DNA of 12,701 nucleotides from a virus: UHGV virus genome UHGV-0102869; one strand, 5' to 3'. Shown piece by piece: positions 6,250 to 12,701 of this stretch (position 1 is its first letter; each line of letters starts with the position of its first letter). The notes under the pieces were generated by a model. It saw only the letters and a program-made list of their open reading frames with translations, ran no database searches and was not told where the DNA came from. The position numbers and the translations under genes were made by a program.

Positions 6250-6450
6250 ATGAAAGCGTATTGGGACTCTTTAACCAAAGAACAGCAGGGCGAGTTGGCC
6301 GGAAAAGTTGGCTCAACACCTGGCTACTTACGGCTGGTTTTCAATGGCTATAAAAAAGCCAGTTTTGTGCTGGCTAAAAAACTTGAGCAATGCACGTCAG
6401 GTGCAATTACGAAATCTGACTTAAGACCGGATATCTATCCGAAAGATTAG
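6250..6450 (+). CDS. cro: Cro-like helix-turn-helix regulator (YdaS/Cro family), 66 aa
   Basis: ATG at 6250 with GGAGG upstream. The track ORF from 5947 is an artefactual upstream extension that overlaps cI in antisense. HTH-like segment GELAGKVGSTPGYLRLV. Confidence 0.8.
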   Translation: MKAYWDSLTKEQQGELAGKVGSTPGYLRLVFNGYKKASFVLAKKLEQCTSGAITKSDLRPDIYPKD

Positions 6451-6481
6451 CAGAACACTTTCAATTTTTAACCACAGAACG

Positions 6482-7045
6482 ATGAGGCTAATCGTGGGTA
6501 AGCATCACTGGAAAATAGAAAAACAGCCTGAGTGGTACGTGAAAGCTGTCAGAAAAACTATCGCGGCGTTGCCGGGTGGTTACGCTGAAGCGGCTGACTG
6601 GCTCGATGTAACAGAAAACGCTTTATTCAACCGCCTTCGTGCAGATGGCGATCAGATTTTCCCGCTGGGATGGGCAATGGTTTTACAGCGTGCTGGTGGC
6701 ACTCACTTCATTGCTGACGCTGTGGCGCAGTCTGCAAATGGCGTCTTTGTGTCTCTTCCTGACGTCGAGGATGTGGACAACGCCGATATCAACCAACGCC
6801 TGCTGGAAGTCATTGAACAGATCGGCAGTTATTCAAAACAGATTCGTTCAGCAATTGAAGACGGTGTAGTGGAACCGCATGAGAAGACAGCAATTAACGA
6901 TGAGCTGTACCTCTCAATTTCGAAGCTGCAGGAGCATGCAGCACTGGTCTACAAAATCTTTTGCGTTTCAGAAAGTAGTGACGCCCGCGAGTGTGCAGCT
7001 CCGGGCGCCGTGGCGTGTCGTGACTGTGGAGAAACTAACGCATGA
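6482..7045 (+). CDS. CII-like phage regulatory protein (Phage_CP76 / YdaT-like family, from memory), 187 aa
   Basis: First sizeable gene after cro in the rightward operon; the family name is recalled, not verified. The start may instead be the GTG at 6494, which has GAGG upstream. Confidence 0.55.
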   Translation: MRLIVGKHHWKIEKQPEWYVKAVRKTIAALPGGYAEAADWLDVTENALFNRLRADGDQIFPLGWAMVLQRAGGTHFIADAVAQSANGVFVSLPDVEDVDNADINQRLLEVIEQIGSYSKQIRSAIEDGVVEPHEKTAINDELYLSISKLQEHAALVYKIFCVSESSDARECAAPGAVACRDCGETNA

Positions 7046-7380
7046 ACAGTTTAACAACACACTACCGTCGCTCGCAACTGATTGCGCTTCCTGTACCGGG
7101 TGGAAAAGCGAAGGTGGAGTATTGCTATGCAGTAAATGTACCAGGTGACAGGGAAATTGTAACCCACAGCTTTGCAGAGTGGGCTGTGGGTGATTTCAAC
7201 CGGCAGAAGGAGACAGTCCTTTGCGACAAGTTAACCGCTGGTTCAAAGATCACTACGGAGTGCCCGTCAGAGTCATTCGTTGGGAGCCGGAAACACAACG
7301 GGTTATCTACCTCCGTGAAGGCTATGAGCATGAGTGCTTCAGCCCGCTCGAACAGTTTCGTCGTAAATTCAGGGAAATAG
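7042..7380 (+). CDS. Uncertain ORF (112 aa as annotated); the C-terminal half looks out of frame. Possible frameshifted gene or two overlapping small genes.
   Basis: ATGA overlap with the preceding gene. The first 60 residues or so look protein-like; from about 7221 the +1 frame (TTG at 7221 with AAGGAG 8 nt upstream, stop at 7398-7400) encodes a more protein-like peptide [58 protein letters not shown]. Confidence 0.4.
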   Translation: MNSLTTHYRRSQLIALPVPGGKAKVEYCYAVNVPGDREIVTHSFAEWAVGDFNRQKETVLCDKLTAGSKITTECPSESFVGSRKHNGLSTSVKAMSMSASARSNSFVVNSGK

Positions 7381-7389
7381 AGGTCGGTC

Positions 7390-8331
7390 ATGAGCACTAA
7401 ATTAACCGGCTATGTATGGGATGGTTGCGCTGCGTCAGGCATGAAATTATCCAGCGTGGCAATTATGGCCCGCCTGGCTGATTTCAGTAATGACGAAGGT
7501 GTGTGCTGGCCATCAATTGAAACCATTGCCCGTCAGATTGGCGCGGGGATGAGTACCGTCAGAACGGCTATCGCACGGCTGGAAGCAGAAGGCTGGTTAA
7601 CGCGTAAGGCGCGTCGCCAGGGTAACCGCAATGCGTCGAATGTTTATCAGCTTAACGTTGCGAAGCTTCAGGCAGCGGCATTTTCTCAACTGTCAGATTC
7701 TGACCCGTCAAAATCTGACGCATCAAAATCTGACCCGTCAAAATTTGATGCGTCGAAATCTGGCAAAAAAGCGGGTTTTCACCCGTCAGAATCTGGCGGG
7801 GATCCGTCAGTAAAATCAAAACATGATCCGTCAGATAAAAAACCTTCTCGTCCGGACGCTTCGCAACCGGACACGCAGACGGATGAACAGGATTTTTTAA
7901 CTCGCCATCCTGATGCGGTTGTATTCAGCCCTAAAAAGCGCCAGTGGGGAACGCAGGATGATTTGACCTGCGCACAGTGGCTCTGGAAAAAAATCATCGC
8001 CCTGTACGAGCAGGCCGCCGAATGTGACGGCGAGGTGGTTCGTCCCAAAGAACCGAACTGGACAGCCTGGGCAAACGAAATTCGCCTGATGTGTGTGCAG
8101 GATGGTCGTACTCACAAACAAATCTGCGAGATGTACAGCCGCGTCAGCCGCGATCCGTTCTGGTGCCGTAACGTGCTCAGCCCGTCGAAGCTGCGGGAAA
8201 AATGGGATGAGCTTTCCCTGCGCTTATCGCCGTCCGTCAGCACGTACACAGAAAAACGCGAAGACCCGTACTTCAAAGCCAGTTACGACAATGTGGACTA
8301 CAGCCAGATCCCGGCAGGATTCAGGGGGTGA
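7390..8331 (+). CDS. Replication initiator, lambda O-like: N-terminal helix-turn-helix domain, low-complexity linker encoded by an iteron array, and a distinct C-terminal domain; 313 aa
   Basis: N-terminal region (SVAIMARLADFSNDEGVCWPSIETIARQIGAGMSTVRTAIARLEAEGWL) resembles O-type initiator N-domains. The gene contains tandem DNA repeats followed by an A-rich stretch, as ori-lambda does inside O. Confidence 0.8.
   Translation: MSTKLTGYVWDGCAASGMKLSSVAIMARLADFSNDEGVCWPSIETIARQIGAGMSTVRTAIARLEAEGWLTRKARRQGNRNASNVYQLNVAKLQAAAFSQLSDSDPSKSDASKSDPSKFDASKSGKKAGFHPSESGGDPSVKSKHDPSDKKPSRPDASQPDTQTDEQDFLTRHPDAVVFSPKKRQWGTQDDLTCAQWLWKKIIALYEQAAECDGEVVRPKEPNWTAWANEIRLMCVQDGRTHKQICEMYSRVSRDPFWCRNVLSPSKLREKWDELSLRLSPSVSTYTEKREDPYFKASYDNVDYSQIPAGFRG
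7691..7841. repeat. Iteron array (candidate replication origin) inside the O-like gene: four tandem 15-bp units TCTGAC(C/G)C(G/A)TCAAAA at 7699-7758, three further CCGTCAGA-containing copies at 7780-7835, then an A-rich stretch
   Basis: Repeats read directly from the sequence; each unit carries a TGAC-N-GTCA partial palindrome. They encode the SDSDPSKSDASKSDPSKFDASKS linker of the initiator. Confidence 0.6.
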
Positions 8332-8333
8332 GC

Positions 8334-8822
8334 ATGAGTCTTTTGAATGACGTTCAGAAATTCATTGAAGCCCATCCGGGCTGTACTTCCGGAGACATTG
8401 CGGATGCTTTTGCAGGTTACTCACGGCAGCGCGTTCTGCAGTCAGCAAGCAAGTTACGTCAGAGTGGGCGTGTGGCTCACTGTTGTGAAGGAGATACACG
8501 CAGACATTTCCCGCGCCTGACTGAGAGAGCGCAGGAGCCGGAACCACAACCAGTTCGTGAAACCAGACCTGTGCGCAATTTCTATGTCGGCACTAACGAT
8601 CCCCGGGTGATTTTGTGCCTGACCCGCCAGGCTGAAGAACTGGAGTCAAGGGGCTTATACCGTCGTGCTGCAACGGTGTGGATGGCGGCATTCCGTGAAA
8701 GCCACTCCCAGCCAGAACGAAACAATTTTCTGGCGCGTCGTGAGCGGTGCTTACGGAAAAACAGCAAGCGCGCTGTATCGGGTGATGAGTGGTATCTGTC
8801 AGGGAATTACGTGGGGGCTTAA
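8334..8822 (+). CDS. PerC-like regulator (about 162 aa from the ATG); function uncertain
   Basis: ATG at 8334 preceded by GGGGGTG; a GTG start at 8328 is an alternative. C-terminal LESRGLYRRAATVWMAAF...RRERCL resembles the conserved PerC/Pch region as I remember it. Stop overlaps the next start as TAATG. Confidence 0.55.
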   Translation: MSLLNDVQKFIEAHPGCTSGDIADAFAGYSRQRVLQSASKLRQSGRVAHCCEGDTRRHFPRLTERAQEPEPQPVRETRPVRNFYVGTNDPRVILCLTRQAEELESRGLYRRAATVWMAAFRESHSQPERNNFLARRERCLRKNSKRAVSGDEWYLSGNYVGA

Positions 8823-9475
8823 TGAGTAATAAATATTGCCAGGCGCTGGTGGAGTTGCGAAACAAACCAGCCCATGAACTGAAGGAAGTGGGCGATCAGT
8901 GGCGCACACCGGACAACATTTTCTGGGGAATTAACACCCTGTTTGGCCCGTTTGTTCTGGATCTGTTTACTGACGGTGATAACGCCAAATGTGCCGCGTA
9001 TTACACGGCGGAAGACAACGCGCTGGCGCATGACTGGTCAGAACGTCTTGCGGAGCTTAAAGGTGCTGCCTTTGGTAATCCCCCATACAGCCGCGCCAGT
9101 CAGCATGAGGGGCAATACATCACCGGCATGCGTTACATCATGAAACATGCCAGTGCCATGCGTGATAAGGGCGGGCGCTATGTTTTCCTGATCAAAGCTG
9201 CCACCAGCGAAGTGTGGTGGCCGGAAGATGCAGATCATATTGCTTTTATTCGCGGGCGTATTGGTTTTGAACTGCCTGTCTGGTTTATCCCGAAAGACGA
9301 GAAGCAGGTGCCGACAGGAGCGTTCTTCGCTGGTGCTATTGCTGTTTTCGACAAGACCTGGAAGGGACCGGCAATCAGCTACATCGGGCGCGATGAACTT
9401 GAGGCATGTGGTGAGGCCTTTCTGGCGCAGGTTCGCCAGCAGGCAGAAAAACTTGTCAGGGAGATGGCGGCATGA
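8822..9475 (+). CDS. Phage DNA N6-adenine methyltransferase (Dam-type), 217 aa from the ATG at 8822
   Basis: Catalytic motif NPPY (AAFGNPPYS) and an N-terminal WRTP motif typical of the phage N6A methyltransferase family. The track ORF starts at a GTG at 8789 inside the previous gene. Confidence 0.85.
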   Translation: MSNKYCQALVELRNKPAHELKEVGDQWRTPDNIFWGINTLFGPFVLDLFTDGDNAKCAAYYTAEDNALAHDWSERLAELKGAAFGNPPYSRASQHEGQYITGMRYIMKHASAMRDKGGRYVFLIKAATSEVWWPEDADHIAFIRGRIGFELPVWFIPKDEKQVPTGAFFAGAIAVFDKTWKGPAISYIGRDELEACGEAFLAQVRQQAEKLVREMAA

Positions 9476-9798
9476 CGACGTTAACTCAATGCCAGCAGCA
9501 GGTGCTGGATATGCTGATTTCTTACCAGAAAGAGCGTGGCTTTCCGCCAACCAATCAGGAGGTGGCAACCATGCTGGGATACCGTTCAGTGAATGCAGCA
9601 GTGGAGCATCTTCGCGCACTGGAGAAAAAAGGCGTCATCACGATAAAGCGTGGCGTGGCCCGGGGCATCACGCTTCATACCGCGGTGAAGGACGACGACA
9701 GCGAGGCGGTCGGGATTATCCGCTCACTGCTTGCCGGTGAGGAAAACGCTAGGCTGCGTGCAGCCCACTGGTTACATGAGAGGGGCCTGAAAGTATGA
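9472..9798 (+). CDS. LexA DNA-binding-domain-only protein, 108 aa (LexA N-terminal winged helix, no S24 peptidase domain)
   Basis: Residues 1-70 align by eye with the E. coli LexA N-terminal domain (LT..QQ.V.D.I......G.PPT..E.A..LG.RS.NAA.EHL.ALE.KGVI.I..G.ARGI.L). The protein ends about 35 residues later, with no Ser/Lys catalytic region. ATGA overlap with the Dam gene. Confidence 0.85.
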   Translation: MTTLTQCQQQVLDMLISYQKERGFPPTNQEVATMLGYRSVNAAVEHLRALEKKGVITIKRGVARGITLHTAVKDDDSEAVGIIRSLLAGEENARLRAAHWLHERGLKV

Positions 9799-10184
9799 AG
9801 CTGATTCTGCCGTTTCCGCCCAGCGTGAACACGTACTGGCGACACCCCAACAAAGGGGCGTTTGCTGGTAAGAGCCTGATAAGCACGGCGGGACGAAAAT
9901 TCCAGAGCGCGGCGTGTGCCGCCATCATTGAGCAGTTACGTCGTCTGCCGAAACCAACGTCGGCACCTGCTTCAGTGGAGATCGTGTTGTTTCCTCCGGA
10001 TAACCGGATCCGCGATCTGGACAACTATAACAAGGCGCTGTTTGACGCCCTGACCCACGCGGGTGTGTGGGAAGACGACAGACAGGTGAAAAGAATGCTG
10101 GTGGAGTGGGGACCGGTTATCCCGAAAGGGAAGGTCGAGATCACTATCAGTAAGTATGAGAAACCGGCGGGTGCAGCCGCCTGA
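9795..10184 (+). CDS. rusA: Holliday junction resolvase RusA, 129 aa
   Basis: N-terminal LPFPPSVNTYWRH and catalytic-region RDLDNYNKALFDALTHAGVWEDDRQV match the RusA family signature. ATGA overlap with the upstream gene. Confidence 0.9.
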   Translation: MKLILPFPPSVNTYWRHPNKGAFAGKSLISTAGRKFQSAACAAIIEQLRRLPKPTSAPASVEIVLFPPDNRIRDLDNYNKALFDALTHAGVWEDDRQVKRMLVEWGPVIPKGKVEITISKYEKPAGAAA

Positions 10185-10203
10185 TTAAGAGGAGAAACGA
10201 AGT

Positions 10204-11013
10204 ATGAATAATCTGATGGTCATTGATGGTATTGAAGTTCGTCGTGATGCTTATGGGCGTTACAGCCTGAACGATCTGCATCGCGCAGCAGTAGCATCTG
10301 GTGCAAATGCCAGAACCAAGGAGCCAGGAAAGTTTCTTTCCAGCCAACAAACTGTTGAGCTTGTTCATGAATTGACCAACACCCAGAATTTGGGTGTTGA
10401 CCCGGTGAGTGTGATTCATGGGGGAAATGAACGGGGAACGTATGTCTGCAAGGAACTGGTGTATGCCTATGCAATGTGGATCAGCCCGTCATTCCATCTG
10501 AAGGTGATCCGTACTTTCGACATGGTAACCAGCGCACCGGAAAAATTATCCGGACAGGCTGCTGACAAGATGCAGGCTGGTGTGATTCTGCTGGACTTTA
10601 TGCGCCGGGAATTAAACCTGTCTAACTCTTCAGTGCTTGGTGCCTGTCAGAAACTCCAGGAGGCTGTTGGCTTACCGAATCTGGCACCGCGCTATGCCAT
10701 TGATGCTCCTGCTGACGCGCCTGATGGCTCAAGCCGCCCCACGCTGTCACTGAGTGCACTGCTGAAGCAGTATGGTATCCGCCTGACAGCTAATCAGGCA
10801 TATCACCAGATGGTGAAGCTGGGGATCGTCGAGCAGCGCGAACGATACAGCCGTACCGCGATTAACAACATCAAAAAATTCTGGTCGCTGACAGCGAAAG
10901 GCTGCATGTTCGGCAAGAACATCACCAGTCCCGCAAATCCGCGCGAGACGCAGCCGCACTTTTTCGAATCCCGATTCCCTGAGCTGTTAAAGCTGCTCGA
11001 TACCGTTCATTGA
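10204..11013 (+). CDS. KilA-N domain protein (putative antirepressor-type protein), 269 aa
   Basis: N-terminal 100 residues or so have the KilA-N pattern (MVIDGIEVRRDAYGRYSLNDLHRAA...); GAGGAGAA ribosome-binding site 7 nt upstream. C-terminal domain unassigned. Confidence 0.8.
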   Translation: MNNLMVIDGIEVRRDAYGRYSLNDLHRAAVASGANARTKEPGKFLSSQQTVELVHELTNTQNLGVDPVSVIHGGNERGTYVCKELVYAYAMWISPSFHLKVIRTFDMVTSAPEKLSGQAADKMQAGVILLDFMRRELNLSNSSVLGACQKLQEAVGLPNLAPRYAIDAPADAPDGSSRPTLSLSALLKQYGIRLTANQAYHQMVKLGIVEQRERYSRTAINNIKKFWSLTAKGCMFGKNITSPANPRETQPHFFESRFPELLKLLDTVH

Positions 11014-11014
11014 G

Positions 11015-12010
11015 GTGACCGTGAGAGCACTACTGACCCCTGAAATTGCCCCGCGTATGGGGATCGTATTGTTCAGACCCGGTTCAGAGCTGATGCCCCT
11101 GTTTATGCAGGGGCGTGTCCTGCTGGAGCCTGAGCCGGAACGTTATTCATCTTTTGCCAGTGGTGCCGTTCCGGCGGCATCACAACCGCTGGCGGATGAT
11201 CCTGCCGTTCGGGCCGTGTTCCGCAATGAGGCAGTGATCCGTCGTGCTGGTGGCGTGGAATGTCTTGAAAGCTGGTTACTTCGTGAAAAAGGCTGCCAGT
11301 GGCCTCATTCCGACTGGCACAGCGAGAACATGACAACAATGCGACACGCGCCGGGCGCAATCCGTCTGTGCTGGCACTGCGATAACCAGTTGCGCGATCA
11401 GTTCACGGAACGGCTGGAATCAATGGCAACGGATAACTGTGCCCGCTGGGTGTTGTCTGTTGTGCGTCGGGATCTCGGTTTTGATGACAGTCACGTTGTG
11501 ACAATGCCGGAACTGTGCTGGTGGCTGATTCGTAATGATCTGGCGGATGCCTTACCGGAAAGTGCAGCCCGTAAGGCACTGAGATTACCGAAGCCTGTTG
11601 TGCCGTCTGTCACCCGGGAAAGTGATCTTGTGCCTTCGGTTCCTGCCACCAGCATCATCCAGGATAAAGCGAAAAAGGTGCTGGCGCTGAAAGTGGATCC
11701 GGAGTCGCCGGAGTCTTTTATGTTACGCCCTAAACGTCGCCGCTGGGTTAACGAAAAGTACACGCGCTGGGTTAAGACGCAGCCGTGTGCATGTTGTGGA
11801 AAGCCTGCTGATGATCCCCACCACCTGATAGGTCACGGTCAGGGTGGAATGGGTACAAAAGCGCATGACCTCTTTGTGTTGCCTTTGTGCAGAAAGCATC
11901 ATGACGAGCTGCATGCGGATACCGCGGCATTTGAAGAGAAGTATGGCTCCCAGCTGGAGTTGATATTTCGTTTTATCGATCGTGCGCTGGCAACTGGCGT
12001 GCTGGCCTGA
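11015..12010 (+). CDS. DUF968-like nin-region protein with a C-terminal HNH/zinc-finger-like motif, 331 aa as annotated
   Basis: C-terminus contains [43 protein letters not shown] (CxxC...HH...CxxHH...H). The start codon is uncertain: GTG at 11015 or 11021, with the first ATG only at 11057. Confidence 0.75.
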   Translation: MTVRALLTPEIAPRMGIVLFRPGSELMPLFMQGRVLLEPEPERYSSFASGAVPAASQPLADDPAVRAVFRNEAVIRRAGGVECLESWLLREKGCQWPHSDWHSENMTTMRHAPGAIRLCWHCDNQLRDQFTERLESMATDNCARWVLSVVRRDLGFDDSHVVTMPELCWWLIRNDLADALPESAARKALRLPKPVVPSVTRESDLVPSVPATSIIQDKAKKVLALKVDPESPESFMLRPKRRRWVNEKYTRWVKTQPCACCGKPADDPHHLIGHGQGGMGTKAHDLFVLPLCRKHHDELHADTAAFEEKYGSQLELIFRFIDRALATGVLA

Positions 12011-12027
12011 TTTTGTGGAGAAAGTTG

Positions 12028-12411
12028 ATGCGTGATATTCAGATGGTTCTTGAGCGTTGGGGGGCATGGGCAGCTAATAACCGTGAGGATGTGACCTGGT
12101 CGTCCATTGCTGCTGGTTTTAAGGGGTTACTTCCTTCAAAAGTAAAATCCCGTCCGCAATGTTGTGATGATGACGCGATGATCGTTTGCGGATGTATGGC
12201 CCGTCTGAAAAAGAACAACAGCGATTTGCATGATTTACTAGTGGATTATTATGTCGGCGGTATGACATTCATGTCACTTGCAAGCAAGCATTGTTGCTCT
12301 GATGGTTATATCGGGAAAAAGTTACAGAAGGCTGAGGGAATAATTGAAGGAATGTTAATGGCATTAGATATCCGGTTAGAGATGGATATCGTTGTTACGA
12401 AGTCTAATTGA
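12028..12411 (+). CDS. Late-gene antiterminator Q, 127 aa from the ATG at 12028
   Basis: GGAG 7 nt upstream of the ATG; the track ORF starts at a TTG at 12013. Sequence ([18 protein letters not shown]...[16 protein letters not shown]...) is recalled as a Q family member. Last gene of the early-right block, followed by hairpins. Confidence 0.75.
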   Translation: MRDIQMVLERWGAWAANNREDVTWSSIAAGFKGLLPSKVKSRPQCCDDDAMIVCGCMARLKKNNSDLHDLLVDYYVGGMTFMSLASKHCCSDGYIGKKLQKAEGIIEGMLMALDIRLEMDIVVTKSN

Positions 12412-12430
12412 TACGCTAATTGTTCACTTA

Positions 12431-12462
12431 ATTTTATTAAAAATGGGGCGTGTCAACGCCCC
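12431..12462 (-). terminator. Rho-independent terminator in minus orientation (GGGGCGT-gtca-ACGCCCC followed on the minus strand by ATTTTTAATAAAAT)
   Basis: 7-bp GC stem with a tetraloop at 12445-12462 and a minus-strand T-tract at 12431-12444; plausibly ends the convergent porin transcript. On the plus strand it is not followed by a T-run. Confidence 0.45.
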
Positions 12463-12549
12463 CAAAATAAAGGGTAATATATAACAGAAGGTTTATATAG
12501 TCAGAAGCAAGGTAGTGCTTCTAAAGGAAGTGGCTTGAGGGAGCCACTT

Positions 12550-12590
12550 ATATGTTGGGGAGGCAACGCCTCCCGCAACATATCTTTTAG
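12550..12590 (+). terminator. Plus-strand hairpin plus T-tract, candidate tR'-like terminator of the short Q-dependent leader transcript
   Basis: ATATGTTG-GGGAGGC-aac-GCCTCCC-(G)-CAACATAT followed by CTTTTAG, about 180 nt downstream of the Q stop codon. Additional hairpins at 12501-12520 and 12530-12551 precede it. Confidence 0.5.
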
Positions 12591-12598
12591 TAACTAGA

Positions 12599-12701
12599 TT
12601 AGAACTGGTAAACCAATCCTACAGCAACGATGTTGTCAGTGCTTACACCGAGTGCTTTAGTGAAGTCATTTTTGTCAAGCAGGTTGATTTTGTAATCAAC
12701 G
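12599..12701 (-). CDS. 3' end (last 33 codons plus stop) of an outer-membrane porin gene of the OmpC/OmpF/NmpC/Lc family; the rest lies beyond the window
   Basis: Minus-strand translation ...[33 protein letters not shown]-stop; the ...NIVAxGLVYQF C-terminus with terminal Phe is the classical enterobacterial porin ending. Confidence 0.85.
   Translation of the reverse strand, partial: VDYKINLLDKNDFTKALGVSTDNIVAVGLVYQF

Noticed and set aside
5947-6450. 167-aa track ORF covering cro with a long N-terminal extension
   Set aside because: The extension runs antisense through the 5' end of cI and across the operator region. The real start is the ATG at 6250, which has GGAGG upstream and gives a 66-aa Cro-like protein.
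6639-7148. Track ORFs 6639-6869 and 6879-7148
   Set aside because: Alternative frames inside the CII-like gene and its junction; no start signals. The only alternative frame in this area judged worth reporting is the one at 7221-7400, given in the findings.
7699-7841. Tandem repeats considered as a possible CRISPR array or ToxI-like RNA repeat
   Set aside because: The units are 15 bp with no spacers and lie inside the coding sequence of the initiator, where lambdoid phages carry ori iterons. Not CRISPR or a type III antitoxin.
7631-9740. Track ORFs 7631-7813, 7779-8048, 7897-8121, 8093-8350, 8362-8547, 8582-8767, 8593-8865, 8819-9031, 8943-9143, 9038-9619 and 9228-9740
   Set aside because: Off-frame or antisense ORFs inside the initiator, PerC-like, Dam and LexA-DBD genes. 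High GC content here keeps wrong frames open, and none has a credible ribosome-binding site or a protein-like sequence.
9749-12067. Track ORFs 9749-10024, 10147-10419, 10220-10474, 10747-10959, 11103-11360, 11491-11763 and 11723-12067
   Set aside because: Antisense or off-frame ORFs within RusA, KilA-N, DUF968 and the start of Q; no supporting start signals.
1-12701. Search for canonical SOS boxes (CTGT-N8-ACAG) as targets of the LexA-DBD-only protein
   Set aside because: None was found by eye; the CTGT occurrences checked did not have ACAG at the right spacing. This was a manual scan, not exhaustive, so it needs a computational pattern search.

Overview
This window is the left arm, immunity region and early-right region of a lambdoid prophage integrated at the 3' end of a tRNA gene (attL core at 1-35). 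All family names below come from reading motifs and from memory; no database search, RNA folding or statistics were run. Minus-strand early-left block: P22-type integrase, Xis, two small ea-type genes, an HD-domain YfdR-like hydrolase, a YfdQ-like protein and a YfdP-like protein, mostly linked by overlapping stop/start codons. Immunity region: an S24 (LexA/CI-type) repressor on the minus strand and a Cro-like gene on the plus strand, with GTAC-core operators on both sides; PL is followed by an rrn-type boxA plus hairpin (nut-like site), but no recognisable N gene. Plus-strand early-right block: CII/YdaT-like regulator, an uncertain small ORF, an O-like initiator carrying an internal iteron array (candidate ori), a PerC-like protein, a Dam-type N6-adenine methyltransferase, a LexA DNA-binding-domain-only protein, RusA, a KilA-N protein, a DUF968/HNH-like protein and antiterminator Q, followed by hairpins and the 3' end of a convergent porin gene. 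The strongest candidate for an undescribed system is a low-GC plus-strand insert (29-aa proline-rich upstream ORF plus a 164-aa two-transmembrane protein) lying convergent to PL at the position where lambda carries rexAB, preceded by a GC-rich apparently non-coding region with a 14-bp inverted repeat.
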